Shown piece by piece: positions 32,301 through 45,200 of a stretch of DNA of 64,000 bases. The DNA lies in assembly GCA_964035575.1 (NCBI GenBank), contig OZ037836.1:186001-250000 (forward strand), in the 5' to 3' direction. This stretch comes from Rhynchopus sp. YZ270_cl-10 (lineage: Eukaryota). Position 1 is the first letter of the stretch; each line of letters begins with the position of its first letter. Made by a program: the position numbers and the translations under genes. The notes under the pieces are model-generated. The model searched no databases and was not told the DNA's origin. It saw only the letters and a list, made by a program, of their open reading frames with translations.

Positions 32301-35300
32301 AAGGCACCAGTCCCCCTCCTTTGCCCTGTCCGGGTTGCAGCAGCCTGTGTTGCAGGGCTCGGACAGGCCGGCACCGCTGCCGTCGATGCCAGTGACCATC
32401 CAGCCGCACGCACACTCGCAGCCGTCGTTCGTGTAGCGCTTGAAGTTGTCGCACTTGCGTGCACCTGTCATGGTGACATCAAGGCACTCATCCACAAGGC
32501 AGCTGTTGACAGCACGCGCAACGGTCGCTGTTGTCGACGGGGCCTGGCACATGCACACCCAGTCACCCAGACTCTGCACAGACAGGTTCGGGTCCTCGCA
32601 ACGCTGGCCCGCACCCACACAGACGTTCATGGCCGATGCGCTCGTGCGCGCACATGTGGCGCAGATGTCCTCACACTCGTCGATCACGCACTGTGCAGGG
32701 GCACGCTCCCCCGCAGTCCCATGGTACGGTGGCATGCACGCACATGTGAAGTCGTCTGACGAGTCACCTGAGATGCAGCGCTGGCCCGCATCCGCACACA
32801 CATTCACGTTTGTAGCAACCGTGCACGCCAAATCATACGTGCACGACGCAGGTCCGGCATACCCGACCCCCACCGCAGGTGCCGGGCAGTTGCACGTCCA
32901 GTCGCCCAGACTCGCCGGGGCCGTGTTATGGTCAATGCACAACTGTCCCGCCACCGTGCAGTTCCCGCCGTACACGCTGCACTCGTCCAGCAGACAAGAC
33001 GCAGGTCCGGCCACAGCCTTCCCAGACGCAGGCGCAATGCACTGGCACACCCAGTCTCCGCTTTTCTCGACACGCATGTCCGGGTCGACGCACTCCTGGC
33101 CCATCCCCTCACACGTCACTCCGTTTAGCAAGCACTCGTCAAGCATGCACACTGCCGCGTGCAGAGCAGCTTCGCCCTTCCCGACCTCGCACACACACGA
33201 CCAGTCGGAACGGCTGTCCGGTGACTTGTTGTGGTCCACGCACTTCTGCCCGGCCTGCGTGCATGTGTGCACCGACCCCTTCTGTGCACACGTAGAGCAA
33301 TCCGCCGTGCACTCGTCCAGCGCACAGGATGCTGCCTTCCCAGCAGCCTCACCCATGAAGGGAGGAATGCACCTGCACGACCACACGTCCGCCTTCTCCA
33401 CGCAACTCTCCAGTGGTCCGCACGCAGACCCGAACTGCGCACACAACGTGTCCTGCTTGCAATCCGTCGAAGGCGCACCCCTGTTCGGCTCCCCAGTCCC
33501 GTCCGCACACTGGCACACCCAGTTCCCAAGCTCCGACGCCACACCCTGCTGTGGGTCGAGGCAGGTCTGTCCCTGCGCCCCGCACACCGCGTTTCCGTTC
33601 GGCTTCTTGCTCCACGCCTCCGGTGCCGTGCACTCGTCGACAACGCAGACTGCCGCCTCACGCAGTCCTGTCGTTCCGTGGTACGGGTACACGCACTCGC
33701 AGACCCAGTCCCCGGTCTTTGTGTAGTCCTTGTCCACACAGTGCTGCACCTCCGCCCCTGTTGTGTCCTTCACACGCGAGCACGCCGCACGGTTCTCTGC
33801 GTTGTAGCACTCGTCCACGCTGCACACAGCCGCCGCACCCGCCATCTCCCCAGACGCAGGCGCACGGCACACACACATCCAGTCCGCAATGCTTGTCGCT
33901 GCCGTGTCCGGGTCCACGCAGTCCTGCTCCGCAGACGCGCATGCGTGTGTCTGCGACCCTGGCTTCGTTGCACACGATGTGCACGTCGCACGGCACTCGT
34001 CCAGAAAGCACACCGCCACTGCCATCAGTGTGCCTGCTCCTGCCTCAGGAGACACACAGCGGCACTCCCAGTCCCCGACCGCAGCCGGGTTCGGGTCCAC
34101 ACAGGTCTGCCCAGCCGACGTGCACACGTCCTTGTTTGCCTGCACCCCGCACTCCCCGTTGTACACGCACGTCGCCGCCTTCGCAACCGCAAACCCCTCA
34201 GCAGGCAGCACACAGCGGCACTCCCAGTCCCCGAGCACCTGTGTCGACGTGTCCTTGTCCTGGCACGTCTGACCCAGCCCCGTGCATTCGCTCCCGTACA
34301 ACAAGCACTCGTCAAAGCTGCAGTCTGCAGCCCCGAGCATCTTGCTCCCCGTCGAGGGTGCGTGGCACGTACACATCCAGTCTCCAAGTGAGTCCTCGGC
34401 CGTGTTCTTATCTGTGCACGTCTGCTCCGCAGCTGTGCACACCTTTGCCTTCGGGTCTGTGTCACACTCGTTCACAGTGCACACCGCCACTGCCGCCACC
34501 GCCGACGCGTCTGACACAGCACACTTGCAGCGCCAGTCCCGCGTCCCGGTCACAGGGTTCGTGCTCCCCTCTGTGCACGTCTGACCCGCCTTTGTGCACA
34601 CGTTCCCGGCACCGTGGTCAGCACACGTCGCACACATCGCCGTGCACTCGTCGAGGATGCACACTGTTGCCGCCCCAACCTTCGTAAGCCCTGTCTGTGG
34701 CGCAATGCACGCACACGAGCCGGCGTCCTGAATGTTTGCCGCAGGGATGCACGCCTGTCCCTGCGACGTGCACATGTCCCCGTGCTGCACGCACCACGAG
34801 ACCGGCGCCACACACGTTGCAGCCTGCCCCGTCGCCACGTTCGGAACATCACCCTTCGCGCACGAGCACGTCCAGTCACCAGTGCTGCGTGTGTCCGTGT
34901 TCGGGTCCTGGCACGTCTGTCCTGCCGACGTGCACACCACAGCCACGTCCGACTCCAGGCATTCGTCGCGCACGCACGTCGCCAGCTTCCCCGTCCCCCG
35001 CCCGATGGTCGGTGGCGGGCACACGCACTCCCAGTCGTCCAGGCCCCCTATGACTGCCTTGTTCGGGTCGTTGCACGTCTGCCCAGCCGCACCACACAGC
35101 TTTGCCAGGCGCCCGTTGTTCATCAGGCACTCGTCCAGCGTGCACACGGCCACAGACGTCACAGACTCCCCAACTGCGTCCCCAACACACTTGCACATCC
35201 AGTCCTCAAGGTTTGCAGGCGACGTCGACGACTCCACGCAGTGCTGCCCGGCCACATCGCACAGGTTCCCGAACCCCTTGTCCGCACACGTCGGGCACTG

Positions 35301-37016
35301 CGCTGTGCATTCGTCCAGCACACAGACTGCTGCCGCCGCCACAGCAAAGGTCTTCCCCTGCGCGCAGTGGCACTCCCAGTCACCCTTGTTCGTCGGCTGT
35401 GGCTTCGGGTCAATGCACACCTGCCCCGCTGCAGTGCACGTCTTCACATTCGCGTCCACGATACACTCGTTCTCGATGCACGTCGCCGCACTCGCCACTG
35501 AACTACCAGACGTCGGCGGCGGGCATGTGCACGTCCAGTCGCTCACCGAGGCTGCGTCTGTGTTCGCGTCTGTGCATGTCTGACCCACGGCCGCGCACAC
35601 CGACCTCCCGCACGTCGGGCACACCTGCGCACACTCGTCGAGCACACACACTGTCGCCTCACCCTGCTTCTGCGAGCCCGTCGCAGGCGGCAAGCACTCA
35701 CACACCCAGTCATTCTGCACCGTCAGGTCCGGGTCGTAGCAGCCCTGGTTAGCGGACGTGCACACCTCACGGATGGCGTCGATACTGCACTCACTCGCCG
35801 GCGGGTAGCAGTCTGCCAGTCCACCCAGCTGCGGTGCAGGCACACCCACACCTGCATGCGCCACACACGCACACGACCACGTGCCCTCCTCCCCAAGGTC
35901 GCTGTCGACACACAGCTGCCCGCCCTCCTGACACACACTGTTCGTCTTGCACTCGTCGAACAGGCACACGGCTGCCGTCTGCAGCCCTAGCCCTACGGAC
36001 GGTGCCACGCAGAGACAGTTCCAGTCCCCAAGCGACTGCGCAGACAGGTCCGGGTCGTGGCACCACTGGCCTGAATCAGTACAAGTCTTACCCCAAACGG
36101 TGCACTCGTCCTGCAAGCACGTGGCGGCCTGCGCAGTTGCTCTCCCGTACGACGGTGCGCGGCATCCACACTGCCAGTCCCCATCCGTCGAAGTCGATAG
36201 ATCGAGACAGTCCTGATCCACAGCACTGCAGGTCGACCTGTGTACGTCGCACTCGTTTACAAGACACACCGCTGCACCCGACACCTTCGACCCAACCTTC
36301 GGCGCAATGCACCTACACTCCCATGTGTTAAGCCCACGCACCGTGTCCTTGTTTGTGTCTACGCACAGCTGCCCATTTACACTGCACAGGTTCCCGAACC
36401 CCTTGTCAGCACACGTCGGGCACTGCCCTGCGCACTCATCCAGCACACAGACTGCTGCCGCAGCCACAGCAAAGACGTTCCCCTGTGCGCAGTGGCACTC
36501 CCAGTCACCCTTGTTCGTCGGCTGTGGCTTCGGGTCAATGCACACCTGCCCCGCTGCAGCGCACGTCTTCACATTCGCGTCCACGATACACTCGTTCTCG
36601 ATGCACGTCGCCGCACTCGCCACTGAACTACCAGACGTCGGCGGCGGGCATGTGCACGTCCAGTCACCAGTACTGCGTGTGTCCGTGTTCGGGTCCTGGC
36701 ACGTCTGTCCTACCTTTGTGCACACGTTCCCGGAACTGTGGTTAGCACACGTCGCACAAACCGCCGTGCACTCGTCGAAGATGCACACTGTTGCCGCCCC
36801 AACTGTCGTAGGTCCATTCTGTGGCGCAACACAGCGGCACTCCCAGTCCCCAGTCACAGCTGCGTCCGGGTCGTAGCACGCCTGCCCCATTGCCACGCAC
36901 ACCGTTGCAATGCTGCTTATTGCGCACTCACCTACTGCCGTCCCACGGGCGTTGTTGGCCAACACACACACTGCAGACAGCAGCACAACCTCGCGCATGT
37001 ACATCGACCTCACCAT
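29398..37016 (-). CDS. Surface gene A: type I membrane protein with EGF-like Cys-rich repeats, mucin stalk, TM and acidic tail; exons 37016-32057, 31817-31671, 31481-29398 (~2396 aa)
   Basis: Signal peptide MVRSMYMREVVLLSAVCVLA; DEC...C...GQ.C.D...DW.C.C repeats. GT..AG introns of 239 and 189 nt restore the frame (AKC-T-LDEC; ATC-V-FGGHDEC). TM segment LVWLIPVIVGSALVLLAGVCGAWLWV. Confidence 0.88.
29680..30652 (-). repeat. Coding minisatellite with a 36-bp unit (PETQLP[DN/VG]TT[DH][AV]), ~27 units
   Basis: Visible tandem array. Shorter versions at ~39510-39945 (~12 units), ~52060-52500 (~12), ~56840-57045 (~6) and ~63000-63440 (~12). Confidence 0.92.
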
Positions 37017-39225
37017 GTTCGTCCACACGACAGCTCCTCTCTGTGTCCACACGTAAGGCCAAGACACCCACCCGGCTTGACGCTCGCTTCCTTTGTCTCT
37101 TTCTCGTTCACTCTGGTGATATGGTGTGATCTGTACGTGGAGGCGGAGGTGGAGGTGGTGTGGGATCTCTTTTGACGTCCTGAGAAACAAAGAGTTGAAA
37201 GCGCAAATGCCTCACCGCTGAAGAAAGGGGAAGGGGACGGCAAGTCTGCAGGAGGAGGGACAATAGGTTAAAGATGGAACTAAGACGCTGACCAAAGCTA
37301 CGATGTTTGTATTTTGTTCTCTTTTACGCAGGGTTGGGGGAAATGCTGATGGATGACAAACACGAAGACCAGAACTGAAAAAGAAAACAAACAACACAAG
37401 AGACCAGAGAGCTGCTCTCTCGATGACATGCTGTGGGAGCAGAGTGGGAGAGAACAGGTTGGTGGTGTGACGAGGTGTGGCACAGTTTACGGACACTGCA
37501 CTGCAGTGCTTCGTGGTCGCGAAGGGTGTGCATCCTTGACAGGGCACACACACAGACTCACACTCACACGGGTGCACACACACAACACACACCTGTATCG
37601 TGCATTTGTACAAATGAACAACAAAAGCTCTCTGCACAATCTGAACACACACACGTTTCTTCTGAAAGGAAGGATTCGCGGGAACAAGATATTTGATTAA
37701 CATCCTGTTGTTTGGGAAACATTTGATCTGATTTGAGAACCAAAACTATGTCAAATATTTACGTACACACACGTGCTCATTCTAAAAAAGGAGAGGTAAA
37801 AAATCGTGAAACGCAAAATGGGGTGGTCCTGGGGGGTATTTTATTTCTGCTGTTTTAAAAATGAAAAAGCATTTTCTTTCCTTACTTCAAAAACTCTCTC
37901 TTTTTTGTTTGATTTGGTTTTGGTTGAGACACATCAATGGTGTCGGTTCTGTGGAATCACTGAACCACCCATATCCTGTATCACATCGTTGATTGTTCTT
38001 TCCCTGCGTTGACTGCAGGAAAGTTCGCGAAAACTATCGCGACCATTTTTGAAAAAAGATGAACAAAAAACAGAGAGTAGACAGAAAAAGGGCGTTTGTG
38101 TGAAAAAGATTTTTCTGTCAAGTGTTTTTGTGTGTTGGCGGAGAAGAAAACAGTTTACAATAAAAGACTCCTGCGTCGGTTTTCTTTTTCACAGAAACTT
38201 AAAAAGGAGAAAAAACGTTGTGTGAAAAAGGTATTTGCTGAAATTTTCCAAACTTTTCTGCACATTTTTTTATACTTTCCTGGGAGAGTAGCTTTTCTTG
38301 TGTACCTGTGTACCTGGGCCGAAAACAAACCAGTACCCAGGTGCCTGGGTGCGGAGGCACCATACAGAAAACGAACTCATTAACCAGAAAAGTGAAAATG
38401 GCTACTCTACGTGAAAAGTAGCTGGAAAAAGTTCAGAAAAGCCAGAAAATTTCAACAAAAGCCTGACCTAGAACGAGTTTTCATACGTTTCGTAATGAAT
38501 TTGTTCGTATAAAAAAAGCTTTTGCTTTCGTTTCATTCTTGTCTTTCGCCATTGTTCAGCATCAGCCCCTTGCCACCGTCCGTGCTTTTGGCCAAGGTGT
38601 GCTGTTTGCTCCGGATGCATTGACTCCCACTTCGCGAGACACACACGCACGAAGCGTCTCCGTACACACGACACCCGCCCATGTCACTACCTTTGTGCAG
38701 TAGCAGAACACAGGCAGGTGGGTGGTAGGGGGTCCACACGACGCAGGTTCAGGGCACAAAGGCCCTGCGCAATTGGAACGTGCTGACCTGGCCAGAAGAG
38801 GGAACGGTGGCTTTGGGATGGGGAAATATGCTGTGCTAGTTTCTCAAAAAAGGGGGTGGGACCCAGGGGGGATTTGGAAATAAAAGAAATTGCAGTAAGA
38901 CAATAAAGCCTTGTCGTCGTGTTATGCGCTCTAAAACGAAACCAAGGCATTAATGTCTGTGTTCAGCAGAAAGGGGTTGGATGGAAAAGGTGTTCTGTGC
39001 TTTACAAAAGGGGGAAACAAAATAAAGGTTGGCAAGATGACACAGCTTCTACGGTGCTGAGTCACCTTGAATAAAACAAACAAACAAAAGAATGTTTTAT
39101 TCTCGAAATGTTGAACACATGATGTATTCTGATTCTGAAAAAAAGCGCAAAATCGGTGTCGTTCGTTTCATTGTATTTTCAGAATACATTTGAAACGTGT
39201 TGCCACGGGTTCTTTCTGTGTGTAC

Positions 39226-42200
39226 TCAGTACATAGTATCGTCTTCGACAACAAGCTCCTCCAGGTCGTCCATGTCCTTCATCGCAACTGACTCAAGCAT
39301 GTTAGCTTCCATTGCATACATGTCATCGAACTGTTCAGGCTTGGCACGTCCCTTGGACACCCACAGCCACGCCCCGCACACACCCGCAAGCAGCACCAGT
39401 GCAGAGCCCACTATGACAGCGATAAGCCACACCAGCGAGCTGCTGCTGCCCGAGTCCGAAGAAGACGCGTCTGCCTCCCCAACTGTACTGTTATTTGCTG
39501 GCACGTATGTTGTGCCGTCAGGAAGTCGTGTCTCAGGTGCATCTGTTGTGTTGTCAGGAAGCTGTGTCTCAGGTTCGTCTGTTGTGATTTCAGGAAGCTG
39601 TGTTTCAGGTGCGTCTGTTGTGCCAACAAGTTCTGTCTCAGGTACTTGTGTTGTGTTTTCAGGAAGTTGTGTCTCAGGTACGTGTGTCGTGTTTTCAGGA
39701 TGTAGTGTCTCGGGAACGTCTGTTGTGTTGTCAGGAAGCTGTGTTTCAGGTGCGTCTGTTGTACCAACAGGAAGTTGTGTCCCAGGTGCATCTGTTGTGT
39801 TGTCAGGAAGCTGTGTCCCAGGTACGTGTGTTGTGCCAACAGGGAGTTGCGTCTCGGGAACGTCTGTCGTGTTGTCAGGAAGTTGTGTTTCAGGTACGTC
39901 TGTTGTGTAGACAGGAAGCTGTGTTTCAGGCACGTCTGTCGTGTAGTGACTGCCACACTGCGCAGGTCCCATGATCCCGTTCACACCCGTCTCAGGAGCC
40001 ACGCAGAGGCACACCCAGGTGTTGTCCTGTACCACGTCCGTGTCAATGCACGTCTGCCCCACGTCCGTGCACACAGCTGCAATCTCCGGCTTCGCACACT
40101 CCCCAACAAGGACACACTGCGCCGGCTTCATGACAGCACTTCCAACTGCAGGTGCAGGACATCTGCACATCCAGTCGTCTGTCGACTCTGCTGTTGTGTC
40201 AGGGTCGAAGCACATCTGTCCATTCTCGTGGCACAGCTGCATGTGTGCGTACGTCAGACACTCGTTGATCTTGCACACTGCTGCGTGGCCAATGGCCGAC
40301 CCCAGGGCTGGGGACACGCAGTGGCACTCCCAGTCGTTCAGGATTGTGTCGCCTGGGTGCAGGTCCACGCACTCCTGTCCCTTGTCTCTGCACGTCTGCA
40401 GGTTCTGTGTGTCGAGACACTCGTCCTGCACACACACTGCACGCTCCTGCAGGCCAGAACCAAGGGCAGGGGAAATGCAGTCGCACCGCCAGTCCCCAAG
40501 ATCCGTTCCTGACGGGTCGACACACTGCTGTCCTTCGCAGGCGTAGCCGTGGCCGTCTGCCTTCCTTGCGCACGTCGGGCACGTCGCCAGGCACTCGTCA
40601 ATCACACAGACAGCAGGCCCCGTAATGCCAGGTGTCTCCTGCACGTAGGGGTCTGTGCAGTGGCACACCCAGTCGCCCGCCAGCTCAGGGTCCTCGTCAA
40701 CGCAGTACTGTCCAGCGTCCAGGCAGGTCTGCTTGTTGGCCTCAATCTCGCACTCGTCGTGGCCGCCGAACACTGTTGTGGATGTGTTTGAAACAACGTT
40801 TTTTGGGAAACTCCAATGTGCGGAACATTGCCAAATATAAAATGACCAAGTGGAAGTCATGAAAGTGAATTTCGTTGTGTGTGGATGTAAACAGGGACAC
40901 AGACGAAGAAAGTGGAGGGAACGTAAGAAAGTACATGGGCTTTGCGCATACCACACGTTGCAGCAGCCATGACCTTCGACCCGCTTCCTGACAGACACTG
41001 GCACTCCCAGTCGTCCCTCGAACCTGGATCGGTGTTCCTGTCCACGCACTTCTGCCCAACCGATGAGCAAACGGCGATCTGCTGGCACTCGTCAAGGGCT
41101 GTGTGTGCGGTATGTGCTTTGCATATGCAGTGGTGACCCTAAAAAGGCGACCTGTGTTGAAACTGCACACGTCACCGTTCATTCAAAGAAAGAATGCTGT
41201 TGAGGAGCAGGTGAGGAGACACATGTCCGCAAAATAATAAAACCTACATTCTTGAGCTCTTCTATACTAAGTGATTTTCATTGGACGCATCCCTTAACCC
41301 TCGTAACAATGAGTAAAAGAACAAGATAGAAGAGCCAGTATTTATGTCTGAACTACACACACAATTCCAATCATTCGAACCGAAGACGCCCAACCATTTC
41401 GGTCTGTATTATTTCCTAACAACCGTGCGCGTACCGCTACGTGTGTTGTGTACAAAAATGAAATATTCAAAAAAAAAAACAGAAACAAAACAAGACAACA
41501 TACTGCACTTTGCCGGGCCAAGGACATGGTAGTCTGAAGACGTAGTGCAGTGGCACTCCCAGTCACCCTGCGCAAGTGGGGAGTGGTTCGGGTCAGAGCA
41601 ACGCTGGCCAGCGGCAGCACACACGTCGACAAACTCGCTCACAGGTGCACCTGCAGGGGCAGGTGCACGCTCGTTCGCACACGTCTTCTGCTTGCTGATG
41701 AGGGCAGTGCAGACAGCGCTCTGCTTGTTGAAGGCACTGTCGGCAACAAGGCACCAGTCCCCCTCCTTTGCCCTGTCCGGGTTGCAGCAGCCTGTGTTGC
41801 AGGGCTCGGACAGGCCGGCACCGCTGCCGTCGATGCCAGTGACCATCCAGCCGCACGCACACTCGCAGCCGTCGTTCGTGTAGCGCTTGAAGTTGTCGCA
41901 CTTGCGTGCACCTGTCATGGTGACATCAAGGCACTCATCCACAAGGCAGCTGTTGACAGCACGCGCAACGGCCGCTGTTGTCGACGGGGCCTGGCACATG
42001 CACATCCAGTCACCCAGACTCTGTACAGACAGGTTCGGGTCCTCGCAACGCTGGCCCGCACCCGCACAGATATTCACGTAAGATGCGCTCGTGCGCGCAC
42101 ATGTTGCGCAGATGTCCTCACACTCGTCGATCACGCACTGTGCAGGGGCACGCTCCCCCGCAGTCCCATGGTACGGTGGCATGCACGCACATGTGAAGTC

Positions 42201-45200
42201 GTCTGCCGAGTCACCTGAGATGCAGCGCTGGCCCGCATCCGCACACACATTCAAGCTCGCAGCAACCTTGCACGCCAAATCATACGTGCACGTCGCAACA
42301 CCTGTCAACTGCGATCCGGTCTGTGGCTCGGGACACACACACATCCAGTCGTGCACCTTGCTGAAGGAGGTATCTGGGTCTGTGCAGATCTGGCCCACTG
42401 CCTCACACTGCGCCCTGTTCTCATCACACTCGTCCAGGGTGCAGGTGGTGATCGATCCGAACCTCGGTTCTCCTAAGGTGGGTGAGGGACACTCACACAT
42501 CCAGTTGTTCAAGCCGGGACCGAGATCCCTGCAGAGCTGTCCTGCAGCTGTGCACGTTGCTGCGTTGATGCTGCATTCACCTGTGTAGGGGCAGGCTGCC
42601 TTGGTGCCTCGCGAGGTGCCTGTCGAGTCTCCTTGGCAGACACACTCCCAGTCGCCCAGGTTTGTGGGTGCCTTGTTGGGGTCGTAGCAGGTCTGCCCTG
42701 CTGCGAGGCAGGTGTAGAGGTTATCGACACACTCGTCCACTTGGTCGATGTTCTTCACACGCACGTCGGGCACGGTCACAACGCTGTAGCGGCTGTCCGC
42801 ACTGAGGATATCGAGGATACGCACGTAGTACGTCTGGTCACCGTCCTGAATGTTGTCCGCAATACCAGTCACAGTGATCGTCTGCGGCACGTTCCACGAC
42901 ACCTCTGTGAACAGAAGGTACTGCGGATACACCATACCTTCAGTGACGTCTGTCGAGTTGACGCTCATGGACACCCCCGAGAGGGGCTGACTCTGCAACG
43001 CAACTGTGAACTGTGCAGTCGTGCCGCTCTCCTCAGTGGTCAGCATCGTGTCTGTGTTTGAGAGCGACAGCAGCACACCAGGGATGTCGACGTCCGTGTT
43101 GTTCACCACCACATCCGGGGGGTTCACAATGCCGTTGTAGCGGACGTCGGTACTCCTGCACGGTTCGGTCACGATGGTGTACAGCTTGTTCCCGTCGGCC
43201 ACGTTGTCATCAACTGCTGTGATGATAATCGACTGCGGCACGTTCCACGCTGCAGGTGGGAACACAAGCTGCTTCGGGTTGATAAAACCCTCGGTGTCGT
43301 CGTCGGAGTACAAGGTAATCGTCACCGCGTGGGTCGGAGTCGATGTCAGCTGGATCGTGAAGGAACCCTGGGTGCTGACAAACGGGAGGTTGCTGCCACC
43401 CTCTGTCGTCGTGATGCCGCCGGTGCAGCCTGGGTTGCAGCGCCCCTCCGAGCCCTCGATGAAGACGTCCTTGTCGTTGACGGAGGTGGCGCACCAGAAG
43501 TCCAGGTTGCTGAAGACCTCCGTTGCACAGGTTGTGTACGTGCGCCCCTGGTGCACGAATGGGAACACACACCGCTTGTCCGCGTTGGCGCCACCCACAA
43601 CGTAGCAGGCACCCTCACCCGGGCCGAGGAGCACCCCCGCCACGTCGTCGTCGATGTTCTGCAGCTCAATGTCGCCGGGGATCTGCCCGTTGTACTTCTG
43701 GTCGTTACTCTTGACGGAGGAGACAAGCACACGGTAGGAGATATCGCCGTCGTTGATGGTGTCGTCCACGCCGGTCACGTTGACCTCCTGCGGGGTGCTC
43801 CAGTCGGCGGCGGTGAAGATGAGGACCGTCCGGGAGAGGGATCCTTCCGTTGTGTCGGAGGCCTTCATGGTCACCTGCACGGGTTCGGAAGGCTGCGAGT
43901 TGAGGTGCACTGTAAAGGCAGACCAGCCACCAGCCTCAGAGGTGGTGAGCAGGCCGGCAGGTGCGGTCAGCACCACAAGTGCTACGTCGTCGTGCCTGTT
44001 CACCATGAGCACCGGTGCTGGGGTGATGCGCGAGTACTTGATGTCCGCAGTGATCATTGCAAAGCTGATCTGGTAGTCGATGTCGCCGTCGTCGATATTG
44101 TCGTTCGCACCAGTCACACGAACAGTCTGCGGCACCTTCCACTGGTCGGAGCCTGCCTGGAACAGAAGCAGCACTGCACCGTCAAGCGTGCCCTGGTTGT
44201 CCACAAGCGCCTCCGTCGGGTCAGACGTCGCAACACGGATCTGCACCTCTGACTCCGGCTGCGACTTCAGCACAACAGTGAACTCCTCCGAAGACCCTGT
44301 CTCAGACGTCTCGTAGCGTGTCGCATTGGGGTATGTGATCTCCACACCCGCCTCGTCGTTGTCGATGTTGACAACCGTCACATCCAGGGAAGTCAGTCCG
44401 TTGTAGTTGGGGTCCAGCGAGACCGCCGCTCCAGTTGTGATGATCACAGACACATCGCCGTCGTCAATGAAGTCGTCCAGTGCGGTCACAGTGACAGTCT
44501 GCTCAAGCTTGTTCGCAGACAGCACAATGTTCGACACATCGATTGCTACCTCCGTAGTGTCGCCCGACGACAGAGAGATGGACACATCGTGGGTCGGCCT
44601 GCTGTTGAGGATGACCTTGAAGGTGGCAGTGCCAGCAGTGCTGCCGACACCGGCCTCCTCAACTGTGAGGCTGGTACCCTCGACACGAACACCGATGCTG
44701 TCGATGTCGATGTTCGTGATGTTCACATCGACGTACGGCAGGGTTGTGTACGCTGTGTCGAGTACGGCCGTCGACACCTGCACCCGCACAGCAACGATCG
44801 GGTCTACGTTTTCGATGGTGTAATCCGGAACACCTGCCACGGTGATGGTGAAGGGTGTGTCCCAGTTCGACTGTGTGAACGAGATAGTGGCCGGGTCGAC
44901 AGTCAACTCGGTAGTGTCCTGGCTGACAATCGTGAAGTCGATGTTCCCCTGCGACGAGAGTGGCTTCGTGTCCAGCACGACAGTGAACGTAGTTGTGGTC
45001 TCGCTCTCTGCCACAGAAAGCCCCGACACCGGTGAGACGGTGAACCCCGCCACATCGTTGTCGAGGTTCTCGATGGAAAGCTGCGGCTTGCTCATGGCAG
45101 AGTAGTACGTATCCGTGCTGATGGCAGGGCCGATGTGCACACCATAGTTCTGCGTTCCGTCAGCAAAGAAGTCGTCCACTCCGGTCACAGTGATGGTCTG

